DNA from: Anthoceros angustus
Taxonomy: Eukaryota > Plantae > Anthocerotophyta
Assembly: GCA_010909165.1 (NCBI GenBank)
Contig: MU008158.1
Coordinates: forward strand, 1,017,478 to 1,081,477
DNA length: 64,000 bases
Reading direction: 5' to 3'
Below are positions 10,793 through 23,423 of the stretch, one piece after another; within the stretch, counting starts at the first letter, position 1; the number at the start of each line of letters is the position of its first letter. A program made the position numbers and the translations under genes. Under the pieces are notes generated by a model. It did not search any database. It saw nothing but the letters and a program-made list of their open reading frames with translations, and was not told where the DNA came from.

Positions 10793-13083
10793 TCAAGCAG
10801 GCACAAAATGCCAGAGCGTCACAGTATTATCCGTGTGCCCTGTGACTGCACGAGTTAATCCCATTTTGACGCACAAAATCGGAGCAGTCTGTAACTGACG
10901 ACTCAAAATGGGTCCCGGTCTCCACTCTTTTCGGTAAGTACGAACATGCGAGTTCACAGCCCTTGGTCTACAACGCCAATCATCATCGCCCCTTCTCAGA
11001 TCCCGAACTGTGGTCTCCGTTGTTGCCAGCCGAAGAGGTTGATCAAATTGGGTACGTTTGTAGCTCGAAAGGAGCTCTCCTGTGTCAGACTTCAACACTC
11101 GCAAGGTACCATCCAATCCTCCCGCAACAAGTATCGTCGGACCATACACTGGCTGGTGCATGCAAGTCACCTCACTTGTGCTTATCTTCGTTGACCACAG
11201 CTCCTTCCGCTCCCTGCACATACCAATACTAGTACGGTGAATTAGCTTGGATGCCTGAGACTTCAGTCAGGCAAGTGCGCAACTAACGAATACAGCTCAC
11301 CTCAAATCCCAGCAATAGAAGTTCCCCGCCCTTGTGCCACAGTACAGGTAATGACCAGATGAGGTAATGTGCAGACAGGTAATACCTTTTCCACAAGAAA
11401 CAGTGTAAGAAGCCCAACGGAAAATAAACGGAGCTCTAGAAGAATTCAAGCAAAAGTTGCACAGGGAGTGCACCTGACAAGTGTGGATCAGGCCGAATAC
11501 TCGCAACCTCCTGGCCGTACAGCATGTCACAAAGGTGCACCTTTCCATCATCAGAGCCACTAGCTAGAATTTGAGGAGTAGAGCTATCCATGGCAAGACA
11601 CTTGACCACTCCTCTGTGATGCCTGCCACATCCCAGTGCGTGTCGTTAAAATATGCTTTGACACGCAACCAGCATCACGGGAGAACATTGCCATGCGAAT
11701 AATCCACATATATCGTTCTGAACCACTAAGCGCTCCCCATATCAGTATGCACCGATACGAGTTTACTTCAAGGGCTTAAGGTACAAACCTGTAAATTTGA
11801 GAGCAGCGGCCACTGTACATGTCTATCACCCGAGTACTTCCATCAGCGCATCCTACAACGAGTTCTGGTTCTGCAAGGCTGAAAGATCCAACATCAGAGC
11901 CATCCAATGCTGGAATCATCCAGTTTGTGAACTGTTCAGCATCAATTGCTACGCAAGAAGAGAGCAGAGATCCCCAATGATGTCTCACAAACACACCCAA
12001 AAATCACGCCACGCTGCCATGAGTCACTGGGACAACAAGACGCAAAGCAAATAGCTCATCACTATTGCACACAAACAAGGCACACAAACGAGAAATACAC
12101 CAGAAACAACTCAGGCGCTGGTTTGAAATACTGATGCGCTTGAGAAGGCCATTGCCATTACGGCTCCATACAAACACCTCTGTTCCTGCTGCACATATAA
12201 CCTGTTTAACAGGCCGAGAAAAACCACAACTGAGTCCAAATACTAAACCAGAGGAGCCTCCAGATGATAGAGAACCCAAGTTTTCAAAATTCTTATAGGC
12301 ACTGCAAACTCACCTTCGATCGATCAAACTCAAGGCCAATGACAGCAGAGTCACAGGGAACTCTGTATTCCTCCAAACAGTGACGAGACTTCACTGACCA
12401 GATCCGAACGGTCTGTAAAACCCGTCCAGCCGGTCCACCTCGTTACAGGTGGACCAAAGGAAATATCACTTTGTCTGACATACAAGAGACTGCATCTTGC
12501 GTACCCGGTCAGCAGACCCAGTGGCAATCTGGTCCATTTCCATCCCACAGCAATTCACTCTGCACCCAGCAAGGTCGACAGAAGAAAGGCAGCAACAGTT
12601 AGTACTGACCAGCCTCAGTGCACAAGGCCAATCCAATAATTGCATCCCTCAAGAGAGTATCCTACCTCCCAGAGTGTCCCTTCCACTTTTTCACAGTAAC
12701 AGAACCCTGTCCCATCCGTTTCCGCTGCTCGGCTGCAATACCGCATGTCTTCCACCTGCACACCATCTGAGCAGCGGCTGTGGAGGTGGTAGCTTGGCAA
12801 CTCTCGTCCACAAGTGAGCTAACCTGCTCCACTGGGTCCTTCACACCAGCTTTCCCCCTCATGTAAGCTCGGTTCCACAGAGCGGGGCTGTTCTCAATCA
12901 AGCTGTGCCTGAACATTTGTGCACAAAACAGAAAAATGACAGACGTCCCATCCAAATGCTACAGGAAGCCACGAGACGCGAAGAACACTACCAGTGGCTA
13001 CAGACTGAGGGGCAAATCCCGAGAGGCAACGGAGACATGCTCTGAAAGATCCTCTGCAGCACGTCATCTCCAAGAGTGTTCAT
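10793..13083 (-). CDS. Multi-exon F-box/WD40-repeat protein (At3g52030-like)
   Basis: Exon 1 MNTLGDDVLQRIFQSMSPLPLGICPSVCSHW is an F-box. Later exons bounded by GT-AG introns encode WKGHSGR / VNCCGMEMDQIATGSADR / TVRIWSVKSRHCLEEYRVP..LEFDRSK / EPELVVGCADGSTRVIDMYSGRCSQI / GTRAGNFYCWDLR / LVAGGLDGTLRVL..AVTGHTDNTVTLWHF. Stop at 10793. The family assignment is from recalled similarity. Confidence 0.9.
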
Positions 13084-13900
13084 GCTTGCTTGCGAATGAC
13101 AATCAGCTGAAAGAGAATGCGACAACACAGATCCTCCAGATCCCTGCCCTGTCGGCACTCAGTTCATATTCGCGAGCCTCCAATGGATTTTACAGGCGTG
13201 TATTTCACCGACATGTGTACCCTCTGGCTTGCTTTGATGGTGGGTGATGAATCACTCCCTGATGCTTTGTTGGTGCGTGGTGATTCACCATCGCTTGGTG
13301 ATTCAGCTGAAAACAGCCAGTCGCGTTGATTCTCCGATTCTTCTGCCCTAACAGATCGGGGTCACTCGAAAGGTGCATTTCCAGTTTGCCCTTTCGTCAA
13401 GTCCTGGAGTTCGCAAGGGCCAAGGGTGTTCAGATCTTTTGTCGGAGAGCTACTTCACTTACAAATGTAGCGTTCAGTAGCCTTCACTTCGTCCCCGATG
13501 GATGGACCCACAGTAGGTAGGTAGTCTAGGTAGGTTTTGTACACGCTAACGATCCACTTAGCTCAGTTGATTCCTAATGATGTGTTCTAGTGACAACAAA
13601 TAGGTACATACTTGAATGAAGCTATCAAACGAGCGAAACTTACATGGTATGGCAAAACCATACCAGAAGAAAAAATAATTTTGTCATGGGACTGAAATAA
13701 GAAAAGCCTCAAGGAGGACAATTCCAGTAAGGAGAGAACTTCCATCAGGTGCAGTGTGCCCATCACGTGGAGCGCCCCCATGCGGACCCAGGAGAACTTT
13801 GCAAGAGTTTGTGCGGACAGCCAGTGTCATAGATTTGGAAGTTCTGAGACGCCGAGGCTGAGCTCATCTGAAGCATATGATAAGGACTATCTCACCAAGT

Positions 13901-14916
13901 TTACATGGCAGATGTGCTAGGATCACCAATGAGACCAAGGAAGTCGTCTTTGATTGTGCCAATGCAGAACTGCAAATAAAAAAAAAAGTTTGAGAAGGTG
14001 GGAGGGTCAGAAGCATGCAATGCGCGGGTAGAACGTGCTGATTGCCTAGACTCACAATCTCAGTAGCATCGACGCGAGTACCCACGATCTTCAATCTGAC
14101 CTCGCTGTCCTTCTGTATCCTTACCTGAGAAAGAAACAAGAGAGTATACCATCAAGTCCCGCCAAAACGAACGACAAGACTCACTACCACTTTGCATAAA
14201 ACAGACAGCGGGGTCATAGACCCTCATACCGAGCCATCAGCAGTCTCATAGCTCGGAACATCCCCTGATTGGAAGACCATGTCATCTGGTATCAACTGTT
14301 CACCCACGAATTCCCGGGTAAGACACAGCCAAGGTCAAAAGGATCGAAGCTGCTTGTGCGAATTGTTAGCTTGGAGAGAGACTCACGTGATTTGACACGA
14401 AGATTTGGACAGGCCCTGCTTCTGCGAAAAAACCCATCTGCCAATACCAGGAATTCGTCATCCAGGGACCATTAAAAGCCTAAACCCTAAACACGCGACC
14501 TGAACTCAAACGATCCAGCGAGACGCACCTTGTTCACCATCGTCACCATGCTTTCTAAGACCTCTCCCTTAAAAGGCCGGAACACAACGCATTGGTACTT
14601 GACTGAGAAAGTCACAAAGCCTGTTCCATCACGAATCAATCCCTGCCCAACATTGTCGACGGCAGTGACAGCCACCACAAAGCCGTGCCTTCCGCTGTCA
14701 CGCACCCACCGTTAGAGCCACAAACCTGACAGCTGCGCAAAATTGCATTTCGGACAGACAGGCATGTTCCAGCAGTAACAAATCAGCATCTTTGACAGAC
14801 CTGCAGGTGCCCTCCACATCCTGAATCAGCTTGGTGACAAGTTTCTCCCTAAGATTAGGCCCGAAGTGTCGTGGATGGAGTTGTAAATTCCGCTCCAAGA
14901 CGATATGGAAAAACAT
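13901..14916 (-). CDS. NRPB7: DNA-directed RNA polymerase II subunit RPB7, 6 exons, 178 aa
   Basis: Exons 14916-14801, 14694-14529, 14437-14387, 14295-14230, 14124-14056 and 13969-13901 sum to 537 nt with GT-AG introns. Protein: [99 protein letters not shown]. Confidence 0.98.
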
Positions 14917-15070
14917 TGTAGCGCCTCTTCCGGCTCCTCCGACGGTGGGCACCGTAGTTCGGCCTTCGGACTCTCAACCTTATAAGGTTGCAGCACAGCC
15001 TCCAAATTTTAGAATGCGCGGTGCGGAATAAAGTTTTTTATTTTAAGAAACTCTCATAAATGTAAGTAGG

Positions 15071-15080
15071 TTTAGGGTTT
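15071..15080 (-). promoter_or_regulatory. Telo-box (AAACCCTAAA) upstream of NRPB7; another copy in intron 2 (~14482)
   Basis: tttagggttt lies ~155 bp upstream of the ATG; telo-boxes are established promoter elements of plant housekeeping genes. Confidence 0.55.
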
Positions 15081-15248
15081 TAATATGTAGGTAGAGAAGT
15101 AAGTTCTTTTTCTTTTCTCGTGATGGTTTGAGTTCTGATTATGTATTTGGTCAAAGTTATTTGAGGAGGACTCAAACGGCAAACTCAGTGGTCGAACTTC
15201 TCATGTTATCGAGGAGGAGCCTCAAACTTCTCGCTGAACCGAAGAGAT

Positions 15249-17260
15249 TGTAAGTGTCAAAATTTTGGACCATTATAACAACCCCTTTTTGGAAGGTAAG
15301 TGGTGAAAAGATAACAGCACACACAAGTACTCCACCATCTTCCCAAGAACAATCAACAATACTACTTCGAGGGCATGCCTACTATGAAGAAAACAAGAAT
15401 ACAACAAGAGTACGAGATAGATTACAGAGAATGATGACCATCTACGCACCTAGCTCCGATACTTAGTTGTCTCACCTTGATTTCCTCCTCAAAGCTCTTG
15501 ATCAGCCATAAACACATTCTAGGTACTTAATTCTCTTCCTTCGATCTCCTTTTCAAACTTTTTTTCCCCATGAGCACACACATTCGAGGTACTAAGTTCT
15601 CCTCCTTTGATCTCCTCCTCAAAGGTTTTTCCAGGCTCCTTTCAGGAACCCAATGACAAGTTTTCTAAGAGAGCTGAACACCTAGAGCTTATAGTCTCGA
15701 ACACATGAATATACAATTAATAATCAGCCACATACAAAATTGAATATATATGTTATGTGGTGTCCTTTCAATATATAACTCTAAAGTAAATATTAACCTA
15801 TGTGCAGGTATATTACCTAGATACGGTTACTTTGAACCTATATTGTAACACTCCCTCTTACTTAAGATACGCCCACGCTAGGTTATTATCACTTGCACCC
15901 CTGATTCCAATGTACTAGACTGTCGTATGAAGCCCCTGGCTAGCGTAGGTCTGTACGCTCCACTCCTGTGCTTAATTACTCCCAACTGCAGCAGTCCTTC
16001 CACACGCCATGGCTTACTGGCTACCGGCTTGGCCATAGTTCAGCTCATAGTCTTCACGATTACGAACTTGCTTCTCCTCGCAATGAAGACCAGAAGTGGC
16101 TTCCGATACAAGCCGGCAAGAACAGAGACTGCCCAAGCCAAAAGAAAGAGATGTGCGGAACCATGCATCAAGCCCAAAACAAGAAAGCATGCAACAAGGC
16201 CAGAAGACTGGGAGGAACGACACTACATGGAAGACCACGTGTACCTAGGTGGATACAGAATTGGTCTAAACATCAACTTATGCTAGAGTAGCCCGCAAGA
16301 GCCTCCTGAGTCTGCGAAGGATGAGGACAAGACAGAGGTGGGCAAGGAAGTTGACACCAAAACAACACTCCTCAGGCCGTTAGAAGAGACAATGCAACTG
16401 TTAGAGAAGTTGAGGGCAATGAGGGACAACATCTAAGCAGCAGGCAATCAGGTTGGCTTGGAGCTTCATCCGTGTATGAGATGTTGATAGGCCTTCTACA
16501 ATTGCTCCCTCTTGTGGTATACTAATTGTGGGAACCTGGAGAACAGTCAGACTGCAAAGGCTACGGTGCAATGAAGACTGAGGAGGGCACTTAGCCAAAT
16601 GAATTTCACCAAATAATGAAAGGTTAGGCTCTCATCCCTTACCTCCCCAGATAACTGCTCATGCTTCAGCCTGTCCTTGTGAAGTACCCTGAGAAATTAG
16701 CCAGCCCTGTGCCTGCTATATGTGCATAGTGTTTGTGCTTGGGCAGGGCCTTTGCAAGAATGTCGATAATTGTATTCTCTTTTGTTGATACATAGTCCAC
16801 TTCCACAACTCCTCGTTCTGCCATGTCTCTTATGTAGTGATGTTGTATTTCAATATGTTTAGTTCTTCCCTGAAACTTAAGATTCACCACAAGAGCTAAT
16901 GCAGATATGTTATTACAGAAAAGCAGCATCGGTTCAAGCTGTGGCTGCCCCAAATCTTCAAGGAACGTTCGTTTTCATTCAGCCTTTTAGAGGCATTTGT
17001 AAGGGTCTTGTATTCTGCTTCAATAGAAGAAAGAGCTATAGACATCTATTTTTTAATGCTCCAATTAACTGCAGCAGACGCCAATCAGAAACAATAAATC
17101 GACGCGCTACGTCTAGAGTCACTATCCGAAGCCCAATCAGCATCAATGAAACTCCTGACGTTAAGCTTCTCATGACCACTGCTTTTATAGAAAAGTCCAT
17201 AGTGCGGAGTTCCTTTTAGGTATCGGAAGTACTTTCTCTTTTATTGCCCTGCTTTTAACG
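15249..17260 (-). mobile_element. 3' remnant of a Ty1/Copia element (D): RNase H, ~0.8 kb spacer, PPT and 3' LTR (15249-15850)
   Basis: RNase H motifs DADWASD..RRS, AEY and FCNNISALAL..RTKHIEIQHHYIRD..DILAKAL (16666-17200); PPT TAAGAGGGAG directly before TGTTACA (15850); the LTR ends CTTACA at 15249. Confidence 0.8.
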
Positions 17261-17339
17261 ACGTCCGGGCCAAATACTCTCTCCCTTTTTAGTGTGCAGG
17301 TTTTTCCCTGCGGCGGTTTTTTTCCTTTCGTATTCCCAA

Positions 17340-17774
17340 GCTCTCTGCTCTATGTCTTTCTAGGATGCTTGATCACAGGCTATCTTTGCTTGGCCCCACC
17401 TAACTTTCTTGTCAATCCTCCGCCTTTTATTTTCAATGTTTCTGTTTCTCTAGTTCAAACGTGCGTATGTGTACACCCTCCTTCATCCAAGTTACGGCTG
17501 TACAAGTTCTGTCCCATGGTGGTTTTTTCACCTCAGTGGACATAAATAAAGTTGTTGTTGTTGTTGTTGGCTTAGGCCAAAAGGACACACATTTATAAGA
17601 ACTTTATTATTAGGCATCTTGCGCTTGGATCGATATTTAGATGGGGTGCCTAAAGGGAATGGATGCCCTTGGTGCAAGTAGCTTAAGCACACCATGGTAC
17701 AAGGTGTTAAGTACCAAGTCCCATGACGGAAATCCATCCTTAGTGGACTTAAATAAAATTCTTCTTCTTCTTCT
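17340..17774 (+). mobile_element. Two adjacent 3' ends of related non-LTR (LINE/SINE) elements with microsatellite tails
   Basis: GTCCCATG..CCT(C/T)AGTGGAC(A/T)TAAATAAA is followed by (GTT)n at 17551 and by (TTC)n at 17759. Confidence 0.55.
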
Positions 17775-18179
17775 ATGTCTTTAGCTAGTTTTCGCCCGTA
17801 GCCGAGGAAATTTCAATGAGCTATTTACATATTACCATAGGGTATGAATATTATATTATATTATATTTATTTACGTGCACTGGTGGTTCACACATAAGGA
17901 ACCTCACATCGGACAACACAAAATAGGCTTTTAATCAAGATCTTAATATTGTAAGAATTTATGTTGATGTGCAAATATGTCATTAAGCCATTAGAACTTA
18001 CAAGCTATAATGTACATAAGAATATGCCAAGAACTAGACTATATTTCAGAAGAAGCTTCCTCGAGATGTATTGTGTGAACATTGTAAGATATTGTAAGTG
18101 GTCGTTGTAAACCTCAATATCTCGTACGCTATCAATTACCAGTTATTAATCATTATTATTAATCAATGTTGCTTTCACT

Positions 18180-18405
18180 GCACACACATATGCCTATATG
18201 CCAACTTACAGCCCAATATCATTCAAAATTTTTAGGCTTGCTTATGCTTACACTGCGACAACAAACCACACACACTTTGCGCTTCTGTGCCAGCTTCTTT
18301 CATAGTACACACATATGACTACATTCCTACTTAAAGCCCACGCATCATAAAAAAATTGTAGGCTTGCTTATGCTTACACCACGACAACAAACCACAAACA
18401 CACTA
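18180..18405. repeat. Degenerate ~126-bp direct duplication
   Basis: acacacatatg..taggcttgcttatgcttacac..gacaacaaaccaca occurs twice. Confidence 0.8.
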
Positions 18406-19249
18406 TGCTTTGGCGGCGACTATATGCAATCATTAAGCTACAAACCACTGCGATCACAAACATTATTAGTTTATTGTGTTTACACCACAAACCAACAATA
18501 GCTAGTGCTGTAATCTTACACACATCCGACAAGTCTGTACAAAAGCTTTTAGGTAAATTTTTTTTATTTTTTGATATCATAAAAAATAATCAAATTCGGC
18601 AAAAGTGGAAAAAAAAATGTGCAAAAGACTAGCTGGTTCACTATCACACACTCAAAGCTTCTGATAAGTTATCACAATACTGCCCAATTGAGCCTCAGCC
18701 CTTAAGTGGTTCATTACGATCACTCGATTCTTAATAGTAGAGGTTTGTTGCTAGCCAGCAAAATGCTCGCTCGGAATAGGGAAGGAGTTTAATATACGCT
18801 GATTGAGTTGAGCCGGCTACATAGCGTTTTCCTTATGAAACGACCCAATTTTTTTTTAGAGTAACAGATGACCATGTGTTTTTTTATTCCGGCACAGAAA
18901 AGAATTTAAAAATATTCAAATATCTTTTTAACACCCAATTATGAAGTCTTAAATTTTAACATTACTACATATCAATACAAGAAATTTTCTTAAACTAAGA
19001 AGACATTTACCTAACATGGTTTGAAGTTGCACCAAGATGATTCACTTGAAAGAATTTAAAATATTCAATTATTTTTAAACTTAATTTTAAAGTATAAACT
19101 ATTATTACTATTATGAATCTCATATGGTATATTCACTGTCAATACATGGACTGTATTTGACAAGGAAGAAGACCTACATTTGCATTCATGTTTTCAACCA
19201 TATCGGTTGGTTGGGCTGCCATGCTCATGCCGCTCATGTCAGCATTGTT

Positions 19250-20060
19250 AAATTCGGAAGAAGTGCAGACGAAGTGACTGCGAACTCAATAAAATAAGCC
19301 CCGTAGAGCATAACATCTTTTCTAGAAGCCTATTCCAATTTTGCCAATCATTTTCCAGAGTTATATGTTTGGTGACTTGCTCATAGTACTCTAGCAATTC
19401 TACTTCATAAATTCGAATCATAGTAAATACTTCGCTTCTCCACATTCGTGCTCTTTTCAGCATAGATAATGGGATGCTCCTCTCCATCAGGAAACTGCTT
19501 GCTCCAAGCCCTAGCGTACACTAGGCAATATATGAGAGAAACAACGAGATCAAGCATTCTGAGCAAAAGACTATTGTAGGGCCTAGCTTTTAAGTCCATT
19601 TATGCCCAATTCTTATTTTTTCTCCCACTATCATGCCTGCCCTTGCTCCAATAACTTTGCTAATGGTCTCACCAATGCACACAAGTTTGGAATGTAGTTC
19701 CTGTAATAATTGACTAGCCCCAAAAACGTCCTCAAAGGGAATATATCCTTAGGTCTTCATGACTCAACCTTAGCTAAATATGAAGCGATGCCTGCAAGTG
19801 TAATCTCATGGTCAAAATACGACACCTTGTTATACCCTAACGTGCATTTCCTCGGGTACCCCTTAAGATCCCAATCTCGCATTTTCTAAAACACCTTGGT
19901 AACACTGCCTCCACCCCTTCTCCAAACTTCTTTGTAAACATCAGATGTCATCCATATAGCACCATGGTTGTGGAATATCAGTAACATCTCATGAACAATC
20001 TTCTAGAATTCAACCACCAAGTTCTTCATACCAAAGGCTATGCGATTTCACTCATACTTT
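19250..20060 (-). pseudogene. Ty3/Gypsy RT-RNase H remnant
   Basis: RIAFGMKN, CYMDDI, LRTFLGLVNYYRNYIPN and QFPDGEEHPIIYA appear in Gypsy order, with stops. Confidence 0.85.
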
Positions 20061-21084
20061 GCATCTCTCGTTTTTAAACAAGAGGACATTACAAACAAAC
20101 GATTCAAAAAAGAATAAAACAACTGACTCATGCACCAGTCTAACTATGGCACTTACGGAGTGCGGGTGCTATGGCGTCATAAGATGGCACGGGTGGGTAT
20201 TATTTTTGGCCGTCCTAACGCACAAAAACTAAGTTGGAATCAAGATAATCGTGGCTGGGGTAAGATTCTTTTCAATAACTTGCCCAAAAATATGCAACTA
20301 CAATAGAGAAAAAAAATGTACAATCACTACAAGTATTGTTCCGCTATATTTTAAAATGTGGCATCAAAGACTCAATTTGAGTAGGTTGAGCGTTCTGGAG
20401 TTAAGGCTAAAGACAATTAGCATCTTAAAGGTTAAAGAAAGTAGTTACTTAATCTAAAGAAAACTAGCCTATTTAAGGCTAAAGAAAAGAGTTACTTAAG
20501 ACTATAGAAAGAAATTGCTTAAGGCTAGAAAAATAGATACTTAAAGCGAATGCCTTGGCCTCTTGCTGCTTCCTTCGCACTGTGCACTCCTCACTTCCCA
20601 ACATAGTCGCTACTACCCGTTGCATCGCCCGCCCCACAGATACTCTCGCTATGGAAGTCGAAGGAGTTGTTGGCACTTCCACATTCCCCTCTTCTCCAAC
20701 AACCTGCAGGTTGCCTCTTTATTGTGCCTCTTCCCTTACAGTAGCTTGCCTCTCATGCTACCTACATTTGTTGGCTACCCAGTATCGGCGCTGGCTAGCC
20801 GGTGACTGATTAAGACGGATGTCAACAAGATAATGAATCTTCTGGACAAATTGAATCTAAGTATTCAAGAAATTGGACTTCAGACAAGCTGTAGTTAGAA
20901 ATACAGACCGTGTTGGTTATAGTTAGCTTAGCTTAACCTAGCGTGGTCATACCCTTTGGTATCTTGTACCGAAGAGGTACAACTCTTCAGACACAGGTTA
21001 TAAAAGCCCATCTCTTGTAATCAATTGTATCAATTAGAAAAGAACTAAACTTTGATCAAACGCTTCCGCAAAGCACCTCAAACT

Positions 21085-21096
21085 TGGTATCAGAGC
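21085..21096 (+). promoter_or_regulatory. Primer-binding site (tRNA-iMet) of Copia A
   Basis: TGGTATCAGAGC follows a TATA-containing LTR-like segment. Confidence 0.9.
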
Positions 21097-21415
21097 ATAG
21101 TTTGATTACTAAGTTCATCATGCATTATGATGTGAATCTAGATGTTCTTCTCATATGCAACTTCTTTCTAATGCCTTTGGTATTTGTTTTATGCAACTAT
21201 TTTATACTTATTCATAGATTTTTTTATATTCAACCAAACATATTTTACTAATAAAATAGTTTGGCTTCTTCTATGATTAACTTTCATATTCATTAAAGTT
21301 TCATGGCTCATTGCCACACTCATACTTCATCTTGTTCTTCCAAGGCTTCTAACACCCTCATCATTTTCTCTTCCTCAACGCTTTGTTCCTTTATTATTTC
21401 ATTCAAAGTTATAAC

Positions 21416-23234
21416 ATGGCAAGAAGACACAATCACAAGAGTCGTCATGCTAAGAGAAGCGGAGAACTAGATGGGAGCAATAGACGAAGAGTGCACTCTC
21501 GACGATCTTATCAACATCGTCGGCTGAATTCGTCTCTTGTCAAAAGTTTAGGGAGTAAGATAGCCTATGTGCTATCTTATTTCTTTCTAGAACAAGACTT
21601 GATATCATTATCGATAAGAGAAACTTCTAGCCAACACCATTCTACAAGAGGAGTTTCTAGCAATCTAAGATCATCAAGACCTTGGTCTAATAGTGATGAT
21701 CCTGATCTGTTGAGGTGTTGTGGAGATATATCTAGTGCCGAGGATCAAATGTTCTCTTCCTATCACTCATTTAACATGGGGACCAACTCCTCGCATTATT
21801 CTCCAACAACGCCAGTTCAGAGTTCCTCCTCACACAATTCGTCGTCACACCATTCTAATTATTCTGATTCGCATCATTCTTCAACATCTGCTAAGAAACG
21901 CTATAATGCTGATGGACGGACTGCTTCACCCTCGTCAGCACTTTCTCGAAAATTCTCGTGATTGACTGGTAACTAAACTTCAGGAAGAACATGCTTTAGG
22001 GAGTTCTCCACTTGGACCAAATGCAACTGTGCTTCAGCCACCACAACCGACAACCTCCTATGCCCAAGTTCAAGTTGAAATTTCTGCTGCTGCAGATTTC
22101 CTCTCGAATTTCAGGAAGAATGGACTTGTATCTTCACAGGAGATCCCAATGGATCCTGCTGGAAGATCACAAGCATCAGCAACAACATCCCGTTATCCAG
22201 ATCTAGAAAGTTCACAGCACCTCGTATCTGAAAATTTGTCTAAACAAATTGTTCAGCCAAATGCAGATCATAACGGGTGCTCCACGACGAAATTCCTGCA
22301 AACAACCGCTCAAATCTCAGGCAACTCACAGCCATTCTGGGCGCCCTACTTCGGCGCCCTGCTTCGGTGCCCAGAATTTAGCAGACAGAACTCTCAGATT
22401 CCAAATACAGCCCGAGATTTCAAGGAAAATTGCGCCAGATATCAATGCTTATTCAGTTACAGCGCCGCCTCCGATCTTCTGCTAGCGGGGTCGCTGGAGT
22501 CGGGCGCCCCTCCTACATCTTGTGCGCTTCAAAACGGAGGAGTATTGGCCCAGATCGCAGGGGGTGGATTTGCAGGGGCATTCGGCGGTTTTGAGCGTGA
22601 GGCGCGCGCGGTCGGTTGAGCTGCGAAATGGTGCCCCGGCTTCCAACTTAAACGGAGTTTCTTTTTAGGAGCCGTTTTTGAACCCCTCCCCTCCCAGAAT
22701 GAAACTTCGGTTGAGCTGCGAAATGGTGCCCCGGCTTCCAACTTAAACGGAGTTTCTTTTTAGGAGCCGTTTTTGAACCCCTCCCCCCCCTCCCCCCGAA
22801 TGAAACTCAGTTGGAGTTTCTTATGCAGGGGTATGAAACGGTCCCGCCGTTTCTTTCCTGTTTCAATCCTTTGATATCTCAGGTTCTTGGCTTCCGATCA
22901 GATGTGCCTCCTCGGCCAGCGGACGTGACTTCTAGTAGCACGCCAACTCTTTATAAGCTGCCTCTGGTAGTTGAGTTTACAATTATTCCAGCTTCAGCAA
23001 TCAAACAAGAGCCCTTGTCGCCGCGCCTGCCTCCCGACGACATCGCCACTCAACGCTATCTTTATGAGCAAGCTAGAGCCACTGCTCAAGAACTTTTTTC
23101 AATTGGATTGTCGTCATCTTTGGGATCAACTTCAGCAACTCTTAGAGTCGGTGCAATTCGCTGCCCAAGCAATTCAGCACCTTGCAATTGTCTATGCCCT
23201 CAGTGATCGTGGCATAGTTCACTGGGCTATTTGA
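21416..23234 (+). pseudogene. Extra sense ORF upstream of gag in Copia A (Arg/His/Ser-rich N-terminus, helical-looking C-terminus), disrupted; contains a ~96-bp duplication at 22613-22810
   Basis: Consecutive ORF pieces 21383-21961, 22029-22619, 22811-23206 and 22971-23234 tile the region between PBS and gag. Confidence 0.55.
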
Positions 23235-23423
23235 CTTTAATCTTTGTTTTCCTAGTAATTCTGCTTATCAAGCTTTCTTATATAACTATATCCGAAGCCC
23301 TCTCGGCTATAGTCCTAACTTACAGCCGGTGTTCCTCCTTTTATATTATTATATTACAGCTAGCTTATCAGAAAAATGGCATCGATGTTCTCTCCTTTGA
23401 CGACCCCACCCACACCAATTATT

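Noticed and set aside
13230-13380. Upstream coding exon for the F-box gene
   Set aside because: Splicing at the visible GT/AG sites gives stops before the F-box ATG; more likely 5' UTR or a uORF.
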